DNA from: Halobacteriovoraceae bacterium
GTDB taxonomy: Bacteria; Bdellovibrionota; Bacteriovoracia; Bacteriovoracales; Bacteriovoracaceae
DNA: 64,000 bases
Reading direction: 5' to 3'
Assembly: GCA_963719505.1 (NCBI GenBank)
Contig: CAVRCF010000005.1
Coordinates: forward strand, 512,001 to 576,000
In this document: in pieces, positions 40,067 to 49,671 of the stretch
How positions within the stretch are numbered: position 1 is the stretch's first letter
How the letters are laid out: the number at the start of each line of letters is the position of its first letter
Notes under the pieces: generated by a model
The model's input: the letters and a program-made list of their open reading frames with translations, nothing else
What the model was told of the DNA's origin: nothing
The model's database searches: none
Translations under genes and position numbers: made by a program

Positions 40067-40672
40067 TTAGTAATGACACTTAGAACAGTCACCGCCGGCA
40101 TTACTCTTGCCTTGAACAGATCCTTCAAATGCGTCCTCTTTACCTTTACCACCGTGTGCTTCGTCGTTAGGAGGAGCGATTCCGTTTTCTCTGTGACAGT
40201 TTATACACCAACCCATTGCAAGTTTTTCCTCTTGCCAATAAACTTCCATCTCTTCAACAGGACCGTGACATTTTTGACAAGCAAAACCCGCAACATTCAC
40301 ATGTTGTGCGTGATTAAAATAAGCGAAGTCTGGATAATAATTAACTTTTTTCCAATGAATATTTTCACCAGAATCGACGGCTTTTTGTATTTTCATTATT
40401 TCTGGAGAATTTACTTTTACTTTGGCATGACAGTTAAGACAAAGCTGAGTCGGTGGAATTCCAGCATGACGACTTTTGTCTGCACCGAAGTGACAATATT
40501 TACAATCTATTTTTAACTCGCCCGCATGCTTTGCGTGAGAGAAAGCGATTGGCTGGTCAGGTTGGTAACCTTGATTAAAACCAATGTGCCTAGCCTGAGT
40601 GACGACAAACGCCCCAAGCGCACTAAACGCTACAAGTGCTAAAAGAGCACCAAACAACTTCTTCATACACAT
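40067..40672 (-). CDS. actA: alternative complex III pentaheme cytochrome c
   Basis: PDQPIAFSHAKH and five CxxCH motifs (CKYCH, CLNCH, CQKCH, CINCH, CSKCH). Confidence 0.92.
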   Translation of the reverse strand: MCMKKLFGALLALVAFSALGAFVVTQARHIGFNQGYQPDQPIAFSHAKHAGELKIDCKYCHFGADKSRHAGIPPTQLCLNCHAKVKVNSPEIMKIQKAVDSGENIHWKKVNYYPDFAYFNHAQHVNVAGFACQKCHGPVEEMEVYWQEEKLAMGWCINCHRENGIAPPNDEAHGGKGKEDAFEGSVQGKSNAGGDCSKCHY

Positions 40673-40939
40673 TCCTTAAAAAAGTGGTTAATTTAATTAA
40701 AATTTGCTTTTATTCTAAGTATTTACATATCATTTCACAAGGGTAATCGACAATTGAAATCTGATTGACACATCATTTTGTCTAACTACTCATTGCGCAA
40801 AGTTGCAATGCACTTTCTAGAGGGGCATTCGTTGAATATAGGTCAATTTTATCCCTATATAAAAATAATTTGCAAGGCAAACATTGAGAGGGTAAATGAA
40901 AAGAAATTATTTAGTAACTTTTAATATTGGAACGTTTAT

Positions 40940-42064
40940 ATGGAATTTCTTGGCGGCTTAACACCAGAAAGGTTTTTGAAAGAATACTGGGAGAAGAAAC
41001 CACTTCTTATTCGAGGGGCATTTCCTGGAGCTCATAAGCTTTCAACTTTTGAAGAATTTAAAGAGCTGGCCTTCGATGAAGAGTTTGAAACTCGCATCAT
41101 CTATAATAGTGAGAACAAATACTCTGTAGAAGAAGGACCTTTTGGCGAAGAAGCGTTTACGAGTGAAAAATATACCTTTGCTTGCCACAACCTTAATACA
41201 TTATCAGCAGATTTTTTTGAACTAGAGAAGTGTGTCGACTTTATTCCAAAGTGGCTCTTTGACGATGTCATGGGTACCCTATCAAACACTGGAGCAACCA
41301 TCGGTGCTCACATTGATAAATACAATGTTTTTATTTTACAAGGAACAGGAAGACGCCTTTGGAAGCTTCAAGAAAATCCCGATCATACATACGATCCAGA
41401 TAAACAGCTCAAGATTCTCAAAAACTTTAAACCCAATATTGAATGGACTCTTGAGCCGGGTGACATGATCTATATTCCCTCCAGTGTTGCTCATGAGGGA
41501 ACAAGTTTAGAAGACTCTCTATCCTACTCAATTGGCTTTAAATCGATTGAAGATCAGATTGTATTAGATAATTTTCTCACCGATTGCTTAGAAAATATCG
41601 AGACAGAAAAATATTTAAAGATTGATCATTTAGAAGTTCCAAAAGACAAAAATTCGATTCCTAAATGTCTGATTCCTCTCGTTCATAAAAGGTTACAAAG
41701 TTATATTGGTGATGAAAATTTTTTCAGAAATTGGTTTATATCCTTTCTCTCAAAGGGAAAGGATGAGGTGGTGGAAGGAGAAATATTTATCCAAGAAGAA
41801 ATTATCGCCAATAGTAAAAGGGATCTTATCTTTAAAGATCAGCTCACAAGAATTGCAACTTTTGATGAAGATTCAGATAAGATATTAAGTATCAACAAAG
41901 TACTCTATAGAATTGAGAAAGAGTCTTATGGTGAAGTTGAAAGATGGTTTAGCGCAAGTGTCGACACGCCCATCGAGATAAATTTTCACAATTTAGACAA
42001 TGATCAGTGGCCTCTTTTAATTGACCTTTTTAAAAGAGGGATCTTTTATTTTGAGCCTTCATAG
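40940..42064 (+). CDS. roxA: JmjC/cupin ribosomal protein uL16 hydroxylase-like
   Basis: FLKEYWEKKPLLIR, HIDKYNVFILQGTGRRLW, LEPGDMIYIP, AHEG, YSIGF. Confidence 0.8.
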   Translation: MEFLGGLTPERFLKEYWEKKPLLIRGAFPGAHKLSTFEEFKELAFDEEFETRIIYNSENKYSVEEGPFGEEAFTSEKYTFACHNLNTLSADFFELEKCVDFIPKWLFDDVMGTLSNTGATIGAHIDKYNVFILQGTGRRLWKLQENPDHTYDPDKQLKILKNFKPNIEWTLEPGDMIYIPSSVAHEGTSLEDSLSYSIGFKSIEDQIVLDNFLTDCLENIETEKYLKIDHLEVPKDKNSIPKCLIPLVHKRLQSYIGDENFFRNWFISFLSKGKDEVVEGEIFIQEEIIANSKRDLIFKDQLTRIATFDEDSDKILSINKVLYRIEKESYGEVERWFSASVDTPIEINFHNLDNDQWPLLIDLFKRGIFYFEPS

Positions 42065-42147
42065 AGTTTTGCTGATAAGTACCTAAAATCACGTTTTTAA
42101 ATTAAGATAGACTTAAGCATAAATGTACAAAATCTTAGAGATTTTTC

Positions 42148-42175
42148 TCAAATTTTGACCTTTTTACACCGATAT
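42148..42175 (+). promoter_or_regulatory. sigma28-type promoter
   Basis: TCAAA-N15-ACCGATAT just before ATG 42183. Confidence 0.4.
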
Positions 42176-42182
42176 GTTGGTG

Positions 42183-43571
42183 ATGCTTTATAAAACTATT
42201 TTTACTATCATCTTAATCGTCTTCACTCATCTAACCTGCTTTGGCTCTGAGGCTTTTGACGATATTATCGAAGAGATTATACCCACCACAAAACTCACTA
42301 AGGACCAACTTCTCACATTAAAAAAAGAGATGGGAATTCAAAAACTCTTTATTGAAGGGGTTAAGAAAATTGAGTTAAGAGGTGGTGAATTTGTTGATAT
42401 TGAACGCTCTAGAAGTACCCTGCAAGACCTCCTTGTAGACTCGATGAATGCCAAGGCAGATAATCTTCCCGCAGAGGCAAAACGGAAGTTTCAAGACATA
42501 GTAAAAGAAGGGTTTAATAAGAATACGTTGACGGAAATTTTAAAAGGGACGCGAGATAAAGCTTATAGTTTTGCTCGAGGAAAAAAGGTTTATATGAGCT
42601 CGATCGTCAGAAGGTTTGGCTTCGATGTTGGTCTCGTCTATCTTTTAAGCTCACAGGTAGATTTTACTTTTCCAATGTATATGGTGGCCAATGGACACAC
42701 GGCTTATGGAGTTCTTTTGGCAACTCCAATTACCAGCCTCACGGTGGGTACCTACGCAGCTATTAAAAGTGCCGTAAAATACAGACAAGTTGTCAAAGGT
42801 CTTGGTGGCATGAGTATAGCCAAAGAGCATTTAAATGTTTTTAAAAGAATGAAAAACTATTTTGGTCAAAATCTCTTAAGAAAATATGACCTTTTCGATA
42901 TTTTTGTTGGGAAGCAAAGCTATGCTCTTACGATCGAGAAGAGAAACCTTATGACGAAGGTGATGAGAAAGCTTGGATGGAGCCAAGGTATTAATTATGA
43001 AAATATCATAAGCTATATGGATGACAATAATCTGATGCCAAAGCTTGTTGAAAAAATGAAAACCAGTGATCTTCACCCTACTTCTAAACTCATTCGAATA
43101 CTTGCCAAGATCGAACAGTCCAATGACGAGGAAGTCTTTCATAAAATAAGAGAAAAGTTTGGAAAGTATATAAACGAGATTAGCTCTTTACCTGAGTTTT
43201 CGACACAGCGTCAATGGGTTATGAAGATCATGGACTCTAAAAGTTTTGATCATTTTATTAAGCTATTGGGCAAAATGCCAAACGATATTCCACCGGCTAT
43301 TTTTGACTCCATTTGGAGAAATAAGATTATTCTTTCATCCCAAAAGTCTATCAATCATTACACTGGAAAAAACGAATATGTCGCCTTTAGAAAACTCTCA
43401 AATGACTATGACAAGGAGCTTAGAGGTATTTTAGCAAACTCCACGGCAACTGATTTGAGTGCATCACAAAGAAAGTTATTTGCTGATTATGTATTTGATT
43501 CCCTTGCTGGTGTAGGAATTTGTCAAAATCTTTTCAAAAGAAAATCAGAAAATTTTGTTCCATTTTTATAA
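42183..43571 (+). CDS. hypothetical secreted helical protein
   Basis: Signal peptide and an internal hydrophobic hairpin; no family recognised. Confidence 0.65.
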   Translation: MLYKTIFTIILIVFTHLTCFGSEAFDDIIEEIIPTTKLTKDQLLTLKKEMGIQKLFIEGVKKIELRGGEFVDIERSRSTLQDLLVDSMNAKADNLPAEAKRKFQDIVKEGFNKNTLTEILKGTRDKAYSFARGKKVYMSSIVRRFGFDVGLVYLLSSQVDFTFPMYMVANGHTAYGVLLATPITSLTVGTYAAIKSAVKYRQVVKGLGGMSIAKEHLNVFKRMKNYFGQNLLRKYDLFDIFVGKQSYALTIEKRNLMTKVMRKLGWSQGINYENIISYMDDNNLMPKLVEKMKTSDLHPTSKLIRILAKIEQSNDEEVFHKIREKFGKYINEISSLPEFSTQRQWVMKIMDSKSFDHFIKLLGKMPNDIPPAIFDSIWRNKIILSSQKSINHYTGKNEYVAFRKLSNDYDKELRGILANSTATDLSASQRKLFADYVFDSLAGVGICQNLFKRKSENFVPFL

Positions 43572-43595
43572 AATCTACCATAAGATGTTTGAATT

Positions 43596-43681
43596 GCTCG
43601 GGTGGTGGAATGGTAGACACGCTACGTTGAGGTCGTAGTGGGGGCAACCCTGTGCTGGTTCAAGTCCAGTCTCGAGCACCA
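43596..43681 (+). tRNA. tRNA-Leu (GAG)
   Basis: Acceptor stem GCTCGGG/CTCGAGC, D-loop GGTAGAC, anticodon arm CTACG-TTGAGGT-CGTAG, long variable arm, T-loop GTTCAAGTC, encoded CCA. Confidence 0.96.
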
Positions 43682-43701
43682 TTTGTTAGCCGGAGCCTTT
43701 T

Positions 43702-44013
43702 TTGGGAAACTTCATTCAAAAAAGACCCGATCTCATTATTTTCTTTTTTATTTCTTACTATATTTATTCAAACCATGGCCATAAACCTCAGGTTTCAGCT
43801 GTTTTTACCGCAATCAAGTATCTTGCCTATTTCTATGCCTTAAAAAATGTCATCTACCCCTCAAAAGATTTTTTTAAAAAAGGTGTGAAGAAACTAAAGG
43901 AGTTTGATTTTGAAACAACCGAGGACACACTTAGGGTTGTCATGACGTTTCTCGTTTTTGCTTTTGGGGTTTATCTTATTGTTGAGTTACTTTTCCAAAA
44001 CAAAACCATCTAA
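43702..44013 (+). CDS. small membrane hypothetical protein
   Basis: TTG start after GGAG; three hydrophobic segments. Confidence 0.45.
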   Translation: MGNFIQKRPDLIIFFFISYYIYSNHGHKPQVSAVFTAIKYLAYFYALKNVIYPSKDFFKKGVKKLKEFDFETTEDTLRVVMTFLVFAFGVYLIVELLFQNKTI

Positions 44014-44027
44014 TTCCAGGATCAAAT

Positions 44028-44054
44028 TTAGTTTTTTCCAATAATAACCGATAA
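44028..44054 (+). promoter_or_regulatory. sigma28-type promoter
   Basis: TTAG-N15-ACCGATAA, 7 nt before GTG 44062. Confidence 0.4.
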
Positions 44055-44061
44055 AGAAAGT

Positions 44062-44610
44062 GTGAAACTTTTTATTCTCTTTACATTAATATCCGCCTCT
44101 TCTCTTTTCGCACAAGACATAGTGGAGATCCCCTCAGGAACAAAATTTAGTTTCAAAATGGATGAGATCCTAAAAAAGCAAAGTGAATGCTTGAAAACTG
44201 GTGACAGCTACAGAATTAAGAATCAAGTTCACTTTATCAATGGACAGCTTGACTGCAATGGCCCCATCTTTCAAAGGTCATGCTTTGTTGAGTTTCCTAA
44301 AAATGCTCAATATAAGTCTAATGAAGTATGCTCACTCGATTGTATAGAGATGGACTCACATGTAATAGAGACAAAATTTAGAACAAACAATTGCCCCCAA
44401 CTTCGATGTAGACCACTTATGTTCACGGGCCTATTTACGGGGCCTGACATCGGGGTTAAAAGTTTTAAGTATAACGTGGGAAAATATATAAATTTTTCTC
44501 ATGAAGAAGGTGTTAATCAGGAACAAAAAAAAGTGACTGATAAATATCCGCAGGGAAATAGTTCACAAAACTCCTCTCAAATGAACTCAACTTCTGTGCA
44601 AGAGCAATAG
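44062..44610 (+). CDS. Cys-rich secreted hypothetical protein
   Basis: Signal peptide, seven Cys, low-complexity C-terminal tail. Confidence 0.65.
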   Translation: MKLFILFTLISASSLFAQDIVEIPSGTKFSFKMDEILKKQSECLKTGDSYRIKNQVHFINGQLDCNGPIFQRSCFVEFPKNAQYKSNEVCSLDCIEMDSHVIETKFRTNNCPQLRCRPLMFTGLFTGPDIGVKSFKYNVGKYINFSHEEGVNQEQKKVTDKYPQGNSSQNSSQMNSTSVQEQ

Positions 44611-44612
44611 AT

Positions 44613-44644
44613 AAAAAAAGGAGAAGCAAATGCTTCTCCCCTTT
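44613..44644. terminator. bidirectional terminator
   Basis: AAAAAAA-GGAGAAGCA-AA-TGCTTCTCC-CCTTT between convergent genes. Confidence 0.75.
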
Positions 44645-44666
44645 AAACAATCTTTTAAATTTTAAT

Positions 44667-46031
44667 TTATTCAGCCATTTGTTCAGTTGAACTCTCTGAG
44701 ACACTTTTTGCTGTCACAACAACATCTACTCTTCTGTTCAGAGCACGACCTTCTTTGGTTTGGTTATCTGCAAGTGGCATATTTGGACCAAAACCTTTAG
44801 CATCAACGGTATTATCAACTCCATTTTTTCTTAAAATAGTCGCTACATTTTGTGCTCTATTTTGAGATAGTTTCTCATTGATCATTTTTGATCCAGTTGA
44901 GTCTGTGTGTCCTTGAACAACAATATCTTTAGCGTTGAAGTCTTTAACAATATTTGAGATCTTTTCAACAATCGCTTTCGAACCTGCAGGTACGGCTGCT
45001 TGACCCACTGGAAAATTCATTTTTTTGAGTCTAATGATAAGCTTGTTCCCTTGTTGGTAAACTTCTGCTTCATCTTCAGAAAATTCTTTTCTCACATCAT
45101 CCATAGCTTTTTGAAAAGCAATTTGGTCTGACTGGCTTATCAGTGCGGATCTTTGGTCGACAATTTCTGATTGTTGACTTTGAACGACAGCACCTAAAGC
45201 GAGAAGGTTTGACTCAGCTGTTCCAAGCTCTCTATCTTGCTTAACAATTTTTAGAGCTGCTCTTTCTGGAGTTTTCTCTCCGTTTTCAGCAATAACATCC
45301 ATAACATCTTTCAAAAGAACTGTACTCTCTAATGCTTTATCAACACTGTCTTGAAAGTTCTCAGGATTTCTTGGATTCTTTGCAATTAAGTTTTTGGCCA
45401 GCATAATATCTTGGTTTGCTGACTTGTAAGTCATTGGTGCTAGGTCATCTGCATCTTTGCTATCTTTGAATTTTTCAATAGCTCTTTCCGCTACACCTAA
45501 CCTCTTCCACTGCACGGCCATAACTTCAGCTTCTAAATATTTGTTTTGAAGTTCAGCTGTTTTCTTAGCAGAAATATCTGATTCAAAGTCATCTGTGTAA
45601 TCGATAAAATCACTATCTATGTCTCTTAATTTTTCGGTTAATTTGTTGGTTGAACTTGCACCTGCTGAAACAGCTGCCTCTCTTGCCGTAAGAATCGAAG
45701 AGAAGTTTTTCATTCTCTCTTTTGACAAGCGCTCAGCTTTCATGAAAAATGCTGTTGCATAAGCTGAATCATCTTTAACACTTTGAGCTTCATCTGCTTT
45801 ACCCATGTCGTCTTTTGCTTCTTCTAAATAATCCATTCCATCAAAGTAAGCTCCTTTGGCAAGAACATCAGCTTGAACATTCCAAGCACTTGTTTTAGAT
45901 TGTTCTGCTTTTTGAATAGCTTCCGATGGTGAGTAGTCAGCAAAGCCGTCGGCTTTCTTTATGTTTGTGGCACAACTCGTTGCAAATACGGCCAAGGTTG
46001 CCAAGCCTAATGTTTTCATTTTGTTTTTCAT
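44667..46031 (-). CDS. OmpA-family lipoprotein with a long helical N-terminal region
   Basis: Lipobox ATSC; VQGHTDSTG, NEKLSQNRA, GFG, GRALNRRVDV. Confidence 0.88.
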   Translation of the reverse strand: MKNKMKTLGLATLAVFATSCATNIKKADGFADYSPSEAIQKAEQSKTSAWNVQADVLAKGAYFDGMDYLEEAKDDMGKADEAQSVKDDSAYATAFFMKAERLSKERMKNFSSILTAREAAVSAGASSTNKLTEKLRDIDSDFIDYTDDFESDISAKKTAELQNKYLEAEVMAVQWKRLGVAERAIEKFKDSKDADDLAPMTYKSANQDIMLAKNLIAKNPRNPENFQDSVDKALESTVLLKDVMDVIAENGEKTPERAALKIVKQDRELGTAESNLLALGAVVQSQQSEIVDQRSALISQSDQIAFQKAMDDVRKEFSEDEAEVYQQGNKLIIRLKKMNFPVGQAAVPAGSKAIVEKISNIVKDFNAKDIVVQGHTDSTGSKMINEKLSQNRAQNVATILRKNGVDNTVDAKGFGPNMPLADNQTKEGRALNRRVDVVVTAKSVSESSTEQMAE

Positions 46032-46165
46032 AAATTTCTCCTTTAAGGTTTATGTTAAAGGTAGAATATAGGGAAAGGTGATCATTTATCTAAAGGATCA
46101 ATGTTAATATGTTGTAGATACATACACATTTTAATAATACTTTCACTCAGGTATCAGGCTTCTCT

Positions 46166-47452
46166 TTACTCAAATACAAGTCTAGTTGCGGCTTTAGACT
46201 CTTTTACATAAAAAATTGCATCGTATTGAATACCAGGCTTAAAATATGAAGGTTCGTTCTCACCGTGAAGCCACCACTTTCCTCCTCTGTCAATCCAACG
46301 AGTGGAAGGATCAACGATAAGCAAGTCCCCATATTCCTGAAGGACGTAATCAAGTGCATCGTCTTGGTCTAAGGTAATATAGTCACCATCTCTTGAGCTG
46401 GAAACATCATAGCCAGAAACCGCAATGGACTTATAATCTTTTCCGTAGTGGGCCACAAGGTTTTCGCCTGTGGATCTTACATCGACCCACTTCATTGGAT
46501 TACCTGGATTATTTGGAACAATAATAGACTGCTTTTTCGATACGTGAATATTGTGAGCGAGTAGAATCGCTTTATGGTCATTATTATATTTTTTCATCCA
46601 CTGTGTAACAAGATAAGCTTGTATATCATCTCTTAAATTAAGAACTCTTTGAACGTTAACCACAAAAAGATCTCTGTAGGTTTGATAAACATAAGAGACT
46701 TTTAAGGCAAGCTTTGCGTAAAAATAGTCTTCATCCTTAGCGCCTTTATATCCATTTAAGAGAGTCTGCATATTGGAAAGTGATCCAAGGCAAATATTAT
46801 GACTTTCTGTTGGCAGTCTCCAAGTCTCTAATAAATAATGCCATGCTGGCAATGTGTCCCCGTCGTCCCAGCTATCAATTTGCCAAGCAAAGCAATTTGC
46901 ACTTGCTTTGACGAATAGATTTTTAAACGTGTCTCTTTTAAAAAATTTATGAGCTTTACCGATTAACTTTTTATTGACCCAAGGCTCTTCCCAGATATCG
47001 ATGCCATGAAATTTAACAGGCTCTTTTGCCGTTTTATTAAAGTCACAAATCCAAGATAAAAGTTCTCTCGTTTCTGTGTTCGAATAAATCCCTGTTAAAG
47101 ATTTTAAAGCTTTGACAAAGAGCTCTTCTGAATGAGTCTGTTGATGGCAAGACTTAAAATATGAATTGATATTACTAGTTTGAAAATAAGCATCTTCGAG
47201 GAGAATAAGTCTAAAATCGTCGATAAGAATCATTTTTTTTATCATGGCCGTTCTGGCTTTTGTAAAGCCACTTGAACCATGACCACTTTCTCCAATACCA
47301 ACAATTTTTGCATCTTTTACAAGACGAGAAAGAAAGCCGTATTCACTATTAGAAAAACTCTCAAGAGATTGGACAACCTTGACTCCAGGCTTGGAAAAAG
47401 CGTTAAAGCTTATGAGTACAAGAAAAAAGCACGTCGGGCATAAATATTTCAT
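46166..47452 (-). CDS. erythromycin esterase-family hydrolase, secreted
   Basis: VGIGESGHG, FHGID, RDDIQA, LAHNIHV, QYDAIFYV. Confidence 0.8.
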   Translation of the reverse strand: MKYLCPTCFFLVLISFNAFSKPGVKVVQSLESFSNSEYGFLSRLVKDAKIVGIGESGHGSSGFTKARTAMIKKMILIDDFRLILLEDAYFQTSNINSYFKSCHQQTHSEELFVKALKSLTGIYSNTETRELLSWICDFNKTAKEPVKFHGIDIWEEPWVNKKLIGKAHKFFKRDTFKNLFVKASANCFAWQIDSWDDGDTLPAWHYLLETWRLPTESHNICLGSLSNMQTLLNGYKGAKDEDYFYAKLALKVSYVYQTYRDLFVVNVQRVLNLRDDIQAYLVTQWMKKYNNDHKAILLAHNIHVSKKQSIIVPNNPGNPMKWVDVRSTGENLVAHYGKDYKSIAVSGYDVSSSRDGDYITLDQDDALDYVLQEYGDLLIVDPSTRWIDRGGKWWLHGENEPSYFKPGIQYDAIFYVKESKAATRLVFE

Positions 47453-47556
47453 TTTATTCCTAGATTAGATAATTTTGAGCATCTTTTATCACAATCTGAG
47501 AAACATATGGAGAGGATAGTAATTATTTCTCGAATACTAAACAGGATTTCAATGAC

Positions 47557-48444
47557 CTATAGCTCAAAATCTTTAATAAGCTTGTCACTAATGGGAGTTG
47601 AGATCGTTCTTTTCTTAGCAATGAGCCAATAGGTCTCATTAACCCCTTCAAGACGACCAATTTTAATAAGTCTTCCATCCTCAACAAGAGGAGCCGCAGC
47701 AAACTCAGGCAAAAAGACAATTCCTTTTCCATGTTCTGCCATAAGCTTCTTGACACTTGAATCCTGAACCTCCGCAATGAGATTGTAATGGATACGATTC
47801 AGATGGATGAACTGCTCGAGATCATATCTTAGTTGAGTATGTCTTGTGGGAAGAATGAGAGGTTGGTCATTGAGACTACCTGGAAAATCTTCAGCAAGGT
47901 CCTTAAATTCTTTACTTGCGTAAGCAGAGATAGGTTGGGTTGAAAGGGCACTCACGATGAGGTCATCTTGATTTGATAGTTCTTTATTAGTGGATAAGAC
48001 CAAATCAACCTTGTGGTTATTTAGGTCTTCTATTAATTCTTTTGGCGTGCCTTCCGTGAGTGTCACGAGACAATTATCACCAACTTTTTGAGCGTATTCT
48101 GTAAGCTCACACGTTAATATTTTTGGTGCACTGTCAACAACACCAATTTTGTAATGAAATTTCTTAGATAGATTTTCATCGTTAAAAACTTGCATGAATT
48201 CCTCGCCCTTGAGGAAAATTTCATTCGCATACTCAAGGGCGAGTTTTCCAGCATCAGTTAATACGAGAGATCTATTCTTTCTCAGAAATAACTTTTGCCC
48301 TAGGCAGTCTTCTAGATTTTTTAACTGACTACTCAAAGAGGGCTGCCCGACAAAGAGCTTTTCAGAAGCTTTAGCGATACTGCCTTCAGTCGCTATGACC
48401 CTGAAGTATAAAAGGTGATGATAATTAAGCCATTTATTTTCCAT
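47557..48444 (-). CDS. LysR-family regulator (NhaR-like)
   Basis: WLNYHHLLYF, EGSIAKASEKL, QPSLSSQLKNLE, LTDAG. Confidence 0.9.
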   Translation of the reverse strand: MENKWLNYHHLLYFRVIATEGSIAKASEKLFVGQPSLSSQLKNLEDCLGQKLFLRKNRSLVLTDAGKLALEYANEIFLKGEEFMQVFNDENLSKKFHYKIGVVDSAPKILTCELTEYAQKVGDNCLVTLTEGTPKELIEDLNNHKVDLVLSTNKELSNQDDLIVSALSTQPISAYASKEFKDLAEDFPGSLNDQPLILPTRHTQLRYDLEQFIHLNRIHYNLIAEVQDSSVKKLMAEHGKGIVFLPEFAAAPLVEDGRLIKIGRLEGVNETYWLIAKKRTISTPISDKLIKDFEL

Positions 48445-48479
48445 AGATAACCTTAACCTAAAAAGTTAAAGCTGCCTAC

Positions 48480-48659
48480 TCATCTACTTTGTATTCTTTC
48501 AAAAGCTCTGTTTTCTGTAGGGTTTGCCCAACGGTTTTCTAGCTGCTCGTCCGACATCGAGTCAGGGTGCCGATCTGAGAGAGTTGAACAAGACATTCCC
48601 AAGAATATAAACATCGAGAAAAAAAGAGCAACAAGCGAATTTTTTGAAATTGTTTTCAT
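48480..48659 (-). CDS. 59 aa lipoprotein (not in ORF track)
   Basis: MKTISKNSLVALFFSMFIFLGMSCSTLSDRHPDSMSDEQLENRWANPTENRAFERIQSR; GGAGG RBS. Confidence 0.7.
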   Translation of the reverse strand: MKTISKNSLVALFFSMFIFLGMSCSTLSDRHPDSMSDEQLENRWANPTENRAFERIQSR

Positions 48660-48736
48660 TTTTATAACCTCCCAAGGTCATAGATAGACTACCATTTCAT
48701 CGATTGAGATAAAATTTCAAAAAATCATCTCGATCA

Positions 48737-48751
48737 TTCGTCTAAAACGAA
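48737..48751. promoter_or_regulatory. LysR-type operator TTCG-N7-CGAA
   Basis: TTCGTCTAAAACGAA upstream of the small lipoprotein/LysR unit; same motif at 49657. Confidence 0.55.
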
Positions 48752-49599
48752 CCAAAAATCCAAGCATTAATAGAGGTACTATTGAGGGCATAATTTTGAT
48801 CTGGATTTGTCTTCAAGTGGGGAAAAATAGTTAACTCTCTAGAGAAGTTATAATAAAACCCAATCCCAACATCAGTATCCTCTCTCATAAAGACCTGACT
48901 CGCCCTATTGGATTCATCATCTTCTACAAAAGTGTCGTACCATATTTGAAAATTGAGCTTATCTGAGTATTTATAAATTATATAAGGGGAAATGGTAGAT
49001 TCAAACTTTTCTCGCTCGATAGCACTGTCATAGACATAAAAACGAAACCAAACCCAAGAACCTAAATCAAATTCTTCGTTCAAAGCAAAATTAAGAGTTT
49101 GAAACCCTCCGGGATTTAGCAATAACCCATCTTCCCGCGTCCCATCCTCAACATTCGCCAAGATAGTGTTAAGCGCTCCAGAGGCAGTAAACCGACCATT
49201 ACTATACCATGTTCCCGCAACTCCAAAAACAGGGTTAAGAAACTCAAACTGATTATCATCGCTTTGATCGTCCTGGGCATAGGTGATAGCAAATCTAGGA
49301 TTTATAACAAAGTTAAAGCGATCGTTAAGTTTATATCGATAACTCACTTGGTGCCAAGAGTTGATCTTCCCATCCCTTTCACCATCATCACCAGAGACAT
49401 TCTCTGAAATATCATCAACAGCTGGCCCTTCAAAAATAGAGAAATGGGAAAAGGAGCTCTTCTCTCTGAGCTTCATCCAAAAAGTGTTTATTGATTTTAA
49501 AGAAGAATTTTCTACACCGATCCTAGAGGAGGCAGCTTGACCTCTCCAGGGTATAAGAAACAGTGCAAAACAAGACAATAAAAGAATGTTATTTTTCAT
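48742..49599 (-). CDS. outer-membrane beta-barrel protein, hypothetical
   Basis: Signal peptide, amphipathic strands, ends WIFGSF; N-terminus resembles 24002..24871. Confidence 0.7.
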   Translation of the reverse strand: MKNNILLLSCFALFLIPWRGQAASSRIGVENSSLKSINTFWMKLREKSSFSHFSIFEGPAVDDISENVSGDDGERDGKINSWHQVSYRYKLNDRFNFVINPRFAITYAQDDQSDDNQFEFLNPVFGVAGTWYSNGRFTASGALNTILANVEDGTREDGLLLNPGGFQTLNFALNEEFDLGSWVWFRFYVYDSAIEREKFESTISPYIIYKYSDKLNFQIWYDTFVEDDESNRASQVFMREDTDVGIGFYYNFSRELTIFPHLKTNPDQNYALNSTSINAWIFGSF

Positions 49600-49656
49600 C
49601 CATAACTAATAGCATCAAGGCTGAACTCAAAAAAATTGATAATATCAATGCAATAG

Positions 49657-49671
49657 TTCGATTAAAGCGAA
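49657..49671. promoter_or_regulatory. LysR-type operator TTCG-N7-CGAA
   Basis: TTCGATTAAAGCGAA upstream of the barrel gene. Confidence 0.55.

Noticed and set aside
43652-43843. 63 aa ORF from the track
   Set aside because: Overlaps tRNA-Leu and another ORF; shadow frame.
46166-47452. Macrolide resistance gene ereA/ereB
   Set aside because: Only family-level motifs; it has a signal peptide and no mobile context, so the substrate is unknown.
47557-48444. Gene symbol nhaR for the LysR genes
   Set aside because: NhaR-like N-terminus, but there are two paralogs and no nhaA, so orthology cannot be supported.
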